From the NCBI GenBank assembly GCA_964605195.1, contig CAZSBC010000001.1, positions 1-61,382 of the forward strand: a stretch of 61,382 nt of DNA, written 5' to 3'. Position 1 is the stretch's first letter, and every line of letters begins with the position of its first letter. Shown piece by piece: positions 1 through 8,870 of this stretch. Under the pieces are notes generated by a model, which saw only the letters and a program-made list of their open reading frames with translations, had not been told where the DNA came from and ran no database searches. Position numbers and translations under genes: made by a program. Source of the stretch: an uncultured Spirochaetales bacterium (GTDB lineage Bacteria > Spirochaetota > Spirochaetia > JABMQR01).

Positions 1-112
1 CTGAATTGTGAAAAAAAGAGGCAGAGCAGATTCCAGGATGCCGGCATCTACCTTCCTCGCAAATGTAACTAAGCGGTACGTTCAAGTATCTGTTTCATTA
101 CATGGAGATAGG

Positions 113-139
113 GACCGTACAACCAGCAGCTGTACGGTC
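113..139. terminator. Stem-loop GACCGTACA-N9-TGTACGGTC, a possible (bidirectional) transcription terminator
   Basis: A perfect 9-bp inverted repeat read directly from the sequence. It lies 30 nt beyond the stop (169-171) of the minus-strand binding-protein gene. A T-rich run (TTCTCTAT) follows only on the plus strand, so polarity is ambiguous. Confidence 0.35.
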
Positions 140-168
140 TTCTCTATCCGCGCAATGCAAGTCTGCAA

Positions 169-1188
169 CTAGAACATTGCTGCAAACTTGGCAATATTTT
201 CCGCATTGAATACAAAGGGAACTCCCATAACGGAGGCTCCAGCTTCTCCTATGGTTACTGTCCCCATTCTTCCTACTGGGATTTCATCGCCTGGATTGCC
301 TGCAATCTTGCCGGTAACCAGAGCTTCAAGTATGTAGGTTGAGGTATACCCCAGATCAATCGGGTTCCACAGGGCCATCTGGCCACAAGTCCCGTTCTCT
401 ACGTAGTGCTGCATTTCTGATGGCAGCCCAAGTCCGGTAATCTGGACAACTCCTTTCATCCCTTCATCTTCAATGGCTTTTGAAGCAGCCAGGACACCAA
501 CTGTGGTTGGAGAGATGATACCGGCAAGATCAGGATATTTCTGCATGAGGCCTACTGCCTCTCGATAACTTTTATCTGCAGCATCGTCACCATATACCGT
601 CTCTACAATTTCCATATCAGCATATTCGGGTTTTTTGATCTCCTCTTTCATCCACTTAATCCAGGTGTTCTGGTTCGTAGCCTGTGATGTCGCCGATAGA
701 ATGGCCACTTTTCCCGAGTAGCCAACGAGCTCTGCAATAAGCTTAACCTGCTGACGGCCGATAAGCTCTGCTGCAGAGGGTGCAAGGTCAACGATTCTGC
801 CACCTTCGGAGATTCCCGAGTCAAAGGATATTACCTTGATTCCGGCATTCATTGCCTTTTTGGTCACAGGAACCAGAGCATCCGGATCGTTTGCAGAGAT
901 TGCAATTCCATCTACTTTCTGTGCAATAAGTGACTCAATGATTTCAATCTGGCCTTCTGCAGTTGCTGTTGAAGGCCCCATATAGATGGATTCAGCATTG
1001 CCCAGCTCACTCGCTGCTTCAACTCCTCCATCCGCTACCGCTTCAAAGAACCCGTTACCAAGACTCTTGACAAGCAGGACAAGCTTCAAGTCCTGATCTG
1101 CTGCAGCAGAATCAGCTTGAGACTGCGCGAAGAGAGAGCCTGTTGCAAGCATTAAGATGATAGTCATTACCACTACTAGTTTTCTCAT
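169..1188 (-). CDS. Periplasmic sugar-binding protein of an ABC transporter (RbsB/RhaS-type, likely rhamnose-binding)
   Basis: 339 aa. It has an N-terminal signal peptide (MRKLVVVMTIILMLATGSLFA). Type-I periplasmic-binding motifs are present (LVLLVKSLGNGFF, VDGIAISANDP, KVISFDSG). A GGAG RBS precedes ATG 1188. It sits in the same strand block as rhaA. Confidence 0.8.
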   Translation of the reverse strand: MRKLVVVMTIILMLATGSLFAQSQADSAAADQDLKLVLLVKSLGNGFFEAVADGGVEAASELGNAESIYMGPSTATAEGQIEIIESLIAQKVDGIAISANDPDALVPVTKKAMNAGIKVISFDSGISEGGRIVDLAPSAAELIGRQQVKLIAELVGYSGKVAILSATSQATNQNTWIKWMKEEIKKPEYADMEIVETVYGDDAADKSYREAVGLMQKYPDLAGIISPTTVGVLAASKAIEDEGMKGVVQITGLGLPSEMQHYVENGTCGQMALWNPIDLGYTSTYILEALVTGKIAGNPGDEIPVGRMGTVTIGEAGASVMGVPFVFNAENIAKFAAMF

Positions 1189-1333
1189 AGATTTCTCCTT
1201 TCTATAAATTGTGTTGTAATCGAATTTATAGTACCATGCACAAACTTTGAGGCGTTAGTCTCTTTATCTACAATGGAGGTACTGATTTCTCTGATGTATT
1301 GATCCGTCGCATTGTTCAGTTTCTACAGTGATT

Positions 1334-2617
1334 TCATCCACGCATTTCTTCAATATATTCCGAAGGTTTCCTGCCGTACGAACTCATAAACAGTTTAGAG
1401 AAGTAACGGCTGCTGATATACCCAAGCGTTGAAGCAGCCTTCTTCACACTCATACCCGGCTCTTTCAGCAAATCCGCTGCTTTCTGCATTCTCAGCTTGG
1501 TGATATACTCGGTAAAGTTTACCCCGGTAATGCGTTTAAACTCAGTAGAAAGATAATTGGGAGTCAATCCCAGCTCATCAGCAATCTGTGCCAGCCCTAT
1601 TTCCTGACAATACTTAGCTTTCACCACAGCAACAGCTCGCTCAACCTGTTCTCTTCGATGAACAGAAAATCGGTTTGCACTTCGCCCGGCAGAACCAGGA
1701 ATACGCTGCTCCTCTGACATAACTTGTGAATCTTTCTCTAGATAAGAATTATAGAAGGCCTGTTCTATAGTCAGTGCTCTCTTCAGGAACTGATCAATTT
1801 CACAAAATTCCTCCACAACTGACAATTTCCATTTCTTAGTCTCAACCAGGGATTGCACCCAATTGAAGAACGAATCTTTTGCATTTTCTTGCGATTTCCT
1901 TCTTTCATCCATTCTGCTGGTGTATGCAGCATCCCCAGAGATTGCTGTGATTATGTTTCCGTTGTCTGACAACAAATGATATGCACAAACATTATCCGGA
2001 GCCCACTCCAGGTTCCACTTTTCCAGATCATCGCTTATAACCCTGAAGTCACGTTCCCTAATACTACGGAAAGAAGTACTTACTTCTATGCTATTGCCAT
2101 CAGTGGCAAGGTACATAAGTACCCCACCAAAAAACAGTCGCTTTCTGAACCATGCATCAAATTCGGCAGAATGAGTCCTGTGCAGTACAGAAACAAGCTT
2201 TCTTTCTCCATAGTATTGCTTGGATTGAACCTGGTTTCTGCCATGCTCTGCAACTCTATTGATAATCCGTTCAATATCACCGATAGAAGCAGGTTTCACA
2301 AGATAATCCATTACACCTATCTGGATTGCCCGTTTTGCATAGTTGAACTCGGCATATCCAGTAAGCATAACCCAGGATATGGAGGGATACTCAGCAGCAA
2401 CATCCTCAATTACATCAAGTCCCGAGCACCCAGGCATTCGAATATCCACAAAGGCAACGTGGGGCTTGAATCGAAGTAACAACTCATTCAATTCGGTACC
2501 ACTAGACGCCTCCTCGATATGTGGCTTTGGTATCTGCTTTTTCTCATGCAGCTCCTCAACCATATTTCGGATACTGAGTCGAACTAAACGTTCATCATCA
2601 GCCAGAATGATCCTCAT
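1334..2617 (-). CDS. Two-component response regulator with a C-terminal AraC-type HTH (YesN-like)
   Basis: REC domain (MRIILADDERL...FVDIRMPGCSGLD...DYLVKP) plus a C-terminal AraC HTH (LAQIADELGLTPNYLSTEFKRITG...SSRYFSKLFMSSYGRKPSEY). ATG 2617 with a GAGAGG RBS lies 1 nt after the kinase stop. The ORF-track start at 2629 is a TTG. Confidence 0.85.
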   Translation of the reverse strand: MRIILADDERLVRLSIRNMVEELHEKKQIPKPHIEEASSGTELNELLLRFKPHVAFVDIRMPGCSGLDVIEDVAAEYPSISWVMLTGYAEFNYAKRAIQIGVMDYLVKPASIGDIERIINRVAEHGRNQVQSKQYYGERKLVSVLHRTHSAEFDAWFRKRLFFGGVLMYLATDGNSIEVSTSFRSIRERDFRVISDDLEKWNLEWAPDNVCAYHLLSDNGNIITAISGDAAYTSRMDERRKSQENAKDSFFNWVQSLVETKKWKLSVVEEFCEIDQFLKRALTIEQAFYNSYLEKDSQVMSEEQRIPGSAGRSANRFSVHRREQVERAVAVVKAKYCQEIGLAQIADELGLTPNYLSTEFKRITGVNFTEYITKLRMQKAADLLKEPGMSVKKAASTLGYISSRYFSKLFMSSYGRKPSEYIEEMRG

Positions 2618-2618
2618 G

Positions 2619-4634
2619 CTACCTCTCAATCGTCAGTTTCTTTTCCGCTGCATCAACACTGATGGAAATCCTAACTTCGGTTCCCTCACCTGGTTTGCTG
2701 TGAACACTGAAACGGGCATGCGGAAACGTATACAGCAGCCGCTTTCGAACATTACCAATGCCTATATGTTCCCGTTCTTTCAGTGAATCCAGATCGAAGC
2801 CGACTCCGTTATCACGAACAGATATCGTCAGCAGGCGATCATCACTTTCAAGTGTATAAAAGGCACGAACCTGCAGAAGCCTTGACTTTCCTTCTGCCGG
2901 TTCTATTCCATGGATAACCGCATTCTCTACCAGCGGTTGTAAAATAAGACGCGGTATGCAAGTTTTTGCAGCTCTCTCATCATATTCAAGGGTGTAGGTT
3001 AAACGATCTTCGAAACGCATCCTTTGGAGTTCACAGTAGTTACCCACAAAATGCAGCTCCTCCTCAAGCGTCGTCCAGCCGCTGGCATCCTGTGTGTATC
3101 GCAGCATATCTTTTAGTTGAATAATTGCCTGTTCAAGCTCGTCCCGGGCTTGCAGCCTGTTCAATCCTATGAATCCATTGAGTATATTGTAGATAAAGTG
3201 CGGTTGGACCTGCGACTGCAATGCCAGATACTCTGCTTCCCCCTTCCCGATAAGCTCAAGGTACTTGAAATGGTTATCCAGCAGGAGCCCGGCATACTCG
3301 CCGAAAGTTGACAGCCGCGTAACTCCAAGATCGGTAAAGGGAGCATGTCCGGCTCTTTTAACCATCACAATGACACCGATCATTTGACCTTCTGCATGGA
3401 GGGGTACAGCAAGCAACGAGCTATAGTGATCGCTATCCAAGACCGATTTGCCTTCTGCAGCTACCCCTTCCGGCGTACGAATTAACAGTCTTCTATCCTG
3501 CCTGACAATTTCAGCAGCATTCCGGAACAACTCATCCGGTCCCTCACCATACTCACCGACATATCCAATGAATGATTTCAGGCTTAATTCATTTTCTCCG
3601 GATGGGGTTTCAACAATCCCCTGCAGATAGACAGCAGCTCCATCAGCAGTCTGTTCGTTAACAATTGTTCTCACTACAATATTAAGCAGTTCATCAAGAC
3701 TTGTCCGTTCAGAGATAGAATTACCAAGATCTCGTGTAAGCATCAGGATATTATCAACATTCTGCTTAAGATCTGAGGTGAGTTCATTGAACTGATTCGA
3801 GAGGTAGCCGAATTCATCGTGCGAATTGATATGCATTTTAGTCGAGAAATCTCCCCTGCTGACTCCCCTGAAGACCTCCTCCACATGTTTGATCTTCCAG
3901 AGAAAATCACGTGATATCAACAGAGAGCTGAGGATTCCAAGTATGGTTATTGCCGCAGCAAGCACAAGGAAGATAATGAATATCCTATTGCGGATATCCA
4001 CAGCATACAGCCTGAACTCATTCAGGAAATAGTTCATGAAGCTTTCGAAACTGTTAACGAAATAGTAGGAAGTGTCTCGAAATTCCTCAAAGAATGGAAT
4101 AAACGTATCTTCTCCAAGAATTTCATTATAGCGACGATCATCATCCAACTGACCCAGTTGTCCCTTGATCATAGTCACCAGTGAATCCAGCTGCTCCAGC
4201 CTGATCATAGCCTTTTCGTGCATTGTTTCTGCGGTATCGAACTGGTCCAACAGCTCCGGATCCTCTATGCCCAAAGATTCCCGTGCCTGCGAAAACTCTC
4301 TGAAGGCATCTTTGTACTCATATACCGACTCCTTCCACTGCCTGATGGTAACAATAGAGCGAGGTGAGTATGTGAACGAGCGTAACTGACCATACAGCTT
4401 GGGTACGAACAGATCGAAAACCATGTCCTTCATCAGACTCTGCACATCACGGGACTTAACCTGCAGTTCAACTCCCTGCTCAATATAGCTGTTAACCTGC
4501 TCCATCTGACGCCAGGTGCGTACAGCAAGCCCGATCATTGAAAACATGCCGAGAATAAAAATAATGGAGAGCAGAATTAACTTACTGCGTATTCGCATAA
4601 TATGTATGATAGCCGAATTGTTGGCTGAAAACAA
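2619..4634 (-). CDS. Sensor histidine kinase, LytS/YesM family (two TM segments, HAMP, GAF-like insert, His_kinase, HATPase)
   Basis: 671 aa. TM helices lie near residues 17-37 and 215-240. A HAMP-like segment follows TM2. The motif QVQPHFIYNILN is typical of the PF06580 kinase family. The C-terminal ATPase has LQPLVENAVIHG and DNGVGF motifs. The start is uncertain: TTG 4634 or ATG 4598. Confidence 0.8.
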   Translation of the reverse strand: MFSANNSAIIHIMRIRSKLILLSIIFILGMFSMIGLAVRTWRQMEQVNSYIEQGVELQVKSRDVQSLMKDMVFDLFVPKLYGQLRSFTYSPRSIVTIRQWKESVYEYKDAFREFSQARESLGIEDPELLDQFDTAETMHEKAMIRLEQLDSLVTMIKGQLGQLDDDRRYNEILGEDTFIPFFEEFRDTSYYFVNSFESFMNYFLNEFRLYAVDIRNRIFIIFLVLAAAITILGILSSLLISRDFLWKIKHVEEVFRGVSRGDFSTKMHINSHDEFGYLSNQFNELTSDLKQNVDNILMLTRDLGNSISERTSLDELLNIVVRTIVNEQTADGAAVYLQGIVETPSGENELSLKSFIGYVGEYGEGPDELFRNAAEIVRQDRRLLIRTPEGVAAEGKSVLDSDHYSSLLAVPLHAEGQMIGVIVMVKRAGHAPFTDLGVTRLSTFGEYAGLLLDNHFKYLELIGKGEAEYLALQSQVQPHFIYNILNGFIGLNRLQARDELEQAIIQLKDMLRYTQDASGWTTLEEELHFVGNYCELQRMRFEDRLTYTLEYDERAAKTCIPRLILQPLVENAVIHGIEPAEGKSRLLQVRAFYTLESDDRLLTISVRDNGVGFDLDSLKEREHIGIGNVRKRLLYTFPHARFSVHSKPGEGTEVRISISVDAAEKKLTIER

Positions 4635-4661
4635 TACGATGCTCTCATTGAGCAGGGACTG

Positions 4662-5777
4662 CTAGGTTCCTGAAGAAACCTGTGCCCGATACTGCTCGAC
4701 CTCCCAGTTCCGGATAAAATCAACATGCTCTTCGGTCATGAATAGTGCTCCACCAAATGATTCGGCATATACGGCTACCTTCACCGTATCAAGAAAGAGG
4801 GCGAGGGCTGTCTCACCATAGGTAAAGACACCGGTGTGCTGTACCAGCACGCTTTTCGGTGCTGTCCCGGACTCTGCAGCATAGGCAGCATAGCGAGCCC
4901 TGAATGAGACGGACCCGTCAAAGACAGTCTCGGGCACCCAGAGGGGTCTGTATCCGCTGTAGACGATGTGATCGGGGGTGAAGGCCGAGGAGATCGGGGC
5001 AGCATGCTCCTCATCGGTAAGAAATCCTGCAATCTCAGCATTAGCCAGCGAGACAATGCCCTGATGGGCGTTTGGATTCACTGCCCGCATCTCCTTCTCG
5101 ATCATTTCCCTGCGGGATGGTGCAACTGTACAGGGAGCAAGATCGGGGAACCGCCTGACGGCGGACCTGACAGTCTCCATAAGGCTGTCATACCTTCCCC
5201 TTACCTCCCCTACCGTATCACCTCCGACAAAGACCCCGTGGTTCTGCAGGAGGATGCATTCCGGTTCCCCGGAGTGCTTTACCCGGTAGCCGGCAAGCCG
5301 CTTGCGCACCTCGGCAGCGAGGATGTAGCCGGGATTGACCAGCGGTATCCAGAGGACAGCATCCCCGAAAAGCCTGTAGGCAGCCTGCTCCCCCTCGCGT
5401 GAGCAGGTCAGCCCGTTCACCAGGGCAGGGTGCAGATGGACCACATACTTCTGCGGAAGCACGGCATGGAGCAGGGCCTCCACGCTCGGACGCTTCGTCT
5501 CCTCCTTATACCTGGCGTGCATGAGATCCTTCAGGACCTCCTCCTCACGCCGGGCGGTATCGGAGGGATAGCTTCTATCCCAGATGGCATCGAGAGCACA
5601 CAGGCTCATTCGTACCAATCCCGCTTCATCCAGGGAAGCGAGCGTTGTTCCCGAGGCCTTCACATATAGCGTATCCCCATCCTTGAAGGAGGTATTCCCT
5701 CCTCCGGCCAGGACATATTCAGGATCAGATCCGTACTCTCTTGACAGCTTAACCAGGGAGTTGATGGTACTGTTCAT
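4662..5777 (-). CDS. Class II aldolase/adducin-family protein, RhaE-like (putative L-rhamnulose-1-phosphate aldolase)
   Basis: 371 aa. It contains the GGGNTS motif and the metal-binding VVHLHP motif. It resembles the N-terminal half of bifunctional RhaEW/YuxG proteins. Its ATG overlaps the rhaA stop (ATGA at 5774-5777). Confidence 0.7.
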   Translation of the reverse strand: MNSTINSLVKLSREYGSDPEYVLAGGGNTSFKDGDTLYVKASGTTLASLDEAGLVRMSLCALDAIWDRSYPSDTARREEEVLKDLMHARYKEETKRPSVEALLHAVLPQKYVVHLHPALVNGLTCSREGEQAAYRLFGDAVLWIPLVNPGYILAAEVRKRLAGYRVKHSGEPECILLQNHGVFVGGDTVGEVRGRYDSLMETVRSAVRRFPDLAPCTVAPSRREMIEKEMRAVNPNAHQGIVSLANAEIAGFLTDEEHAAPISSAFTPDHIVYSGYRPLWVPETVFDGSVSFRARYAAYAAESGTAPKSVLVQHTGVFTYGETALALFLDTVKVAVYAESFGGALFMTEEHVDFIRNWEVEQYRAQVSSGT

Positions 5778-7048
5778 ACCCTGCCTGCCAGTTCATCCCG
5801 CTCATACTCTGCCACTTCCTCCATGACAACCGCTTCGGTAGCGACCCCGTTACGAAGGCAGAACATATCCCAGACTGCACCGAAGGGCATGCTCTTCATC
5901 CGCTCAGCGAGGGCCAACCGTCCGTAGTAGTCACCAGACTCCTCAAAGTCTAGCAGCGTGTCGAACGGCTGCAGCATCGCCAGCAGGAGGGCTTTCTGGG
6001 TTGCCCTGGCCCCGGTCACATAGGCACCGACCCTGTTGAGGGCGGCATCAAAGAAATCGAGTCCGATGAAGACATCAGAGAGCCTGCACGAGCGTACCAG
6101 CTCCTCGGCAAGGAAGCGCACATCATCATTGAGCACCACCACGTGGTCGCTGTCCCACCGCATCGGTCTGCTGACATGGAGCAGCAAGTGCTCGGCAAAG
6201 ATCAGCATCGATGAGATCTTGTCGGCAATCAGCTCGGTCGGGTGGAAATGGCCCATATCGAGACAGACCATAAGGTCATGGCGGGCCGCATACTGGAGGT
6301 AGTACTCATGGGAGCCGACGACATAGGCCTCACTGCCGATACCGAAGAGTTTGGTCTCGACGGCATCCAGCAGATACCGCCTGTCATAGGTTGTTTCGAA
6401 GATGGCATCGAGTGACTCGAGCAGCCGCCGCCGGTATCCCATACGGTCAACCGGATAATCCTTCATGCCGTCGGCAATCCAGATATTGTTCACAGCCGGG
6501 GTTCCCAGCTCCTCTCCCATGTAGGCTGCAATTTTACGTGTCCGCCGTGCATGCTCTATCCAGAAATCCCTTATCCCGGGATCCAGGCTTGAGAGGGTGA
6601 ATCCCGATTCAGCCTTCGGATGGGAGAAGAAGGTGGGATTGAAATCAAGCCCAAGTTCCTGCTCCTTCGCCCATGCCACCCAGCCGGAGAAGTGTCTCGG
6701 CTCAATAGCATCCCTGTCGACAGCCTTCCCGGCAAAATCTCCGTATATGGCATGCAGGTTGAGACGATGCTTACCGGGCAGCAGGGAGTAGACCTTCTCC
6801 AGGTCTTTTTTCAGCTCATCAAGATTCCTTGCCTTCCCGGGATAGTTGCCGGTGACCTGGATTCCCCCGCCGGATAGTTCTGCCCCCGCTCTCTCGAATC
6901 CGCCGACATCGTCTGCCTGCCAGCAGTGCAACGAAAGCGGCACATCAGCCAGCTGTTTTAGTACCGCTTCAGTATCGACTCCAAGCTCAGCATAGGCCTC
7001 CTTGGCCAACTGGTATGATTTTTCATGGTAACTGTCCTTCATCTTCAT
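5774..7048 (-). CDS. rhaA: L-rhamnose isomerase
   Basis: 424 aa. The N-terminus (YELAKEAYAELGVDTEAVLKQL..PLSLHCWQADDVGGFE) and the overall length are typical of RhaA. An AGGAG RBS precedes ATG 7048. Confidence 0.9.
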   Translation of the reverse strand: MKMKDSYHEKSYQLAKEAYAELGVDTEAVLKQLADVPLSLHCWQADDVGGFERAGAELSGGGIQVTGNYPGKARNLDELKKDLEKVYSLLPGKHRLNLHAIYGDFAGKAVDRDAIEPRHFSGWVAWAKEQELGLDFNPTFFSHPKAESGFTLSSLDPGIRDFWIEHARRTRKIAAYMGEELGTPAVNNIWIADGMKDYPVDRMGYRRRLLESLDAIFETTYDRRYLLDAVETKLFGIGSEAYVVGSHEYYLQYAARHDLMVCLDMGHFHPTELIADKISSMLIFAEHLLLHVSRPMRWDSDHVVVLNDDVRFLAEELVRSCRLSDVFIGLDFFDAALNRVGAYVTGARATQKALLLAMLQPFDTLLDFEESGDYYGRLALAERMKSMPFGAVWDMFCLRNGVATEAVVMEEVAEYERDELAGRV

Positions 7049-7159
7049 GCTCCTGTTGTTGCATCCTCCGACGAAAGTCGGAAATCATTTTTTCAATTAT
7101 ACTGCATAGTAGCTTCGTTATTCCTTGATTATCATCTCTTTTTCTAGCATTATCATGTC

Positions 7160-8038
7160 ATGAAACAGCATAATCTCTATGCACGGGATTTCTTCAGCGA
7201 TGCCCAGCTCAAACTGACAGTGATCGAGAGAGATCCGCAGACCCCCTTTCCGCTTCATTCACACGACTTCTCAGAACTCGTAATCGTATTCAGGGGAAGT
7301 GGGACCCATTTCACGGAAGAGCACTCCTATGAGGTATCAGCAGGTGATGTCTTCGTGATTGAGCGGGGTTTCAGCCACGGCTATGAAGCTATCAAAGAGC
7401 TGGCTCTCTATAACATTCTCTTTGATGAGGCCCTGCTGCGGCAACTCTCCTTTGATCTCGGATCAATGCCGGGATACCATGCCGTTTTCACCATGGAGCC
7501 GAAACTGCGCCTCCAGCATGCCTTCAAGAGCCGCCTGAAACTTACCGGTGAGCAACTGAAAAACTGCCGGCAACTGCTGACGAGAATGAGCGTAGAGCTT
7601 CAGAATCCGGCCCTGGAGGAGGGCAGCCGCTCACTTGCCCTGGCCTATTTCATTGAGCTGATCGTCTACATTGCCCGGATGTATTCACGGATGCGCATAG
7701 ATGACACGAAAGAGATCATGCAGATGTCCGATATCATTGCCTTCATGGAGACCCATATACACAGCCAGATTACCATCGAGGAGCTGGCCTCCATGGCCAG
7801 CATATCAGCCAGCACCCTGCATCGCCTCTTCCTGAAGAGCCTGGGCTGTTCCCCTATCGAGTACCATATCCAGTTGAAGGTTGACCATGCTGCCAGGCTG
7901 CTGACCCATTCCCGGCTCTCTGTGACCGAGATTGCCGAGAGTTCCGGCTTCAGGGACAGCAACTACTTTTCCCGGCAGTTCAGAAAACGGATGGGTTCCA
8001 GTCCCCGGGAGTACCGGAAAAAACGCCACCTGCTGTAA
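7160..8038 (+). CDS. AraC-family transcriptional regulator with an N-terminal cupin domain (RhaS/RhaR-like)
   Basis: 292 aa. It has a cupin-type sensor (PLHSHDFSELVIVFRGSGTH) and a C-terminal double HTH (SNYFSRQFRKRMGSSPREYR). It is divergent from rhaA. There is no SD sequence; a CATTAT hexamer lies 6 nt upstream of the ATG. Confidence 0.85.
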   Translation: MKQHNLYARDFFSDAQLKLTVIERDPQTPFPLHSHDFSELVIVFRGSGTHFTEEHSYEVSAGDVFVIERGFSHGYEAIKELALYNILFDEALLRQLSFDLGSMPGYHAVFTMEPKLRLQHAFKSRLKLTGEQLKNCRQLLTRMSVELQNPALEEGSRSLALAYFIELIVYIARMYSRMRIDDTKEIMQMSDIIAFMETHIHSQITIEELASMASISASTLHRLFLKSLGCSPIEYHIQLKVDHAARLLTHSRLSVTEIAESSGFRDSNYFSRQFRKRMGSSPREYRKKRHLL

Positions 8039-8106
8039 AACAGGTGACGTAGAGAGAGTGAACCATGTACTGAAGAGCAGATACGAGGAGTTTTTCTGCC
8101 GCTCTA

Positions 8107-8724
8107 TCAGAACATATAGGTAACCGAAACCTTCGGGAAGGGCAGGAACTCAATATCACCAAAGCCTCCGGCATCTTCGGCATCGGCAAAAACATTGAGA
8201 TTCGGTGTTATGAAATAGGCACCGGCCTCAACCGACAGATTGCCCCAATCATACCCGACAGAGGCGCCAAGGGCTGCCCCGGCAGTCTGAAACATGAATG
8301 TATCGGTATCGTTGATGAAATCGTAATCGGCAGCGATGAACCCGGCTACCAGTTCACCGTCCAGGAACCAGGAATTGACATAGGGGGAGAGATAGTAGCG
8401 GGCACCGGCCTCTACAAGACCGATGGCGGCAAACGATCCCGGATTGGTGGCATCGCTCTGGAGTATCTGGGTCAGCCAGTAGGAGACCCGTAAGAGCGGA
8501 GCCACGGTAGCCTTCAGCTCCAGCCGGTCGGTCAGCCCGTAGTGAATCGTGGGACCGCCGAGGAACTCTGTCAGATCCAGGCTGATAAAGAGGGTGGGCA
8601 TCGTCAGGTCCGCCCCCAGCCGCATTCTGCCGGCTCGGTCAGCTACCTCACGGTGAGCGTCAGCAAAGAGCAATCCGCTGCCGGCAATGATCAGTATGGC
8701 CAAAATCAGTAGTAATTTTTTCAT
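8107..8724 (-). CDS. Small outer-membrane beta-barrel protein (function unknown)
   Basis: 205 aa. It has a signal peptide (MKKLLLILAILIIAGSGLLFA), alternating hydrophobic beta-strand patterns and a C-terminal aromatic signature (VSVTYMF). A strong AAGGAGG RBS is present. Confidence 0.6.
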   Translation of the reverse strand: MKKLLLILAILIIAGSGLLFADAHREVADRAGRMRLGADLTMPTLFISLDLTEFLGGPTIHYGLTDRLELKATVAPLLRVSYWLTQILQSDATNPGSFAAIGLVEAGARYYLSPYVNSWFLDGELVAGFIAADYDFINDTDTFMFQTAGAALGASVGYDWGNLSVEAGAYFITPNLNVFADAEDAGGFGDIEFLPFPKVSVTYMF

Positions 8725-8852
8725 GTAATCCTCCTTACTACCAGTTCATGTATGTACTTCAGATACAGTTGCTAAACAACTGACTTCCTACTATGTTACA
8801 GTATAACAATACTCATGTATTTGCAGCTCGTGTACATATAATGAGAATTTCG

Positions 8853-8861
8853 TGCTATAAT
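8853..8861 (+). promoter_or_regulatory. Extended -10 element TGCTATAAT, 9 nt upstream of ATG 8871
   Basis: Read directly from the sequence. There is no Shine-Dalgarno sequence between it and the ATG. Confidence 0.4.
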
Positions 8862-8870
8862 AGGCATATC

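Noticed and set aside
1-72. An open reading frame in plus frame 1 running from the window edge to TAA at 70-72, a possible 3' end of an upstream gene
   Set aside because: Only 23 codons are visible. They show no recognisable motif, and the strand and frame cannot be supported.
7067-7082. The hairpin TCCGAC-GAAA-GTCGGA followed by a T-run, in the rhaA / AraC divergent region
   Set aside because: The stem is only 6 bp. The T-run is on the plus strand, where no upstream gene exists to terminate. On the minus strand it would sit in the rhaA leader without a U-tract. The evidence for an attenuator or terminator is insufficient.
7128-7156. A direct 8-mer repeat ATTATCAT, present twice 21 bp apart, upstream of the AraC regulator gene
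   Set aside because: An 8-mer repeat in an AT-rich 110-bp region has an appreciable chance expectation. The second copy simply overlaps the putative -10 and start region. I note it only as a weak RhaS-type half-site candidate.
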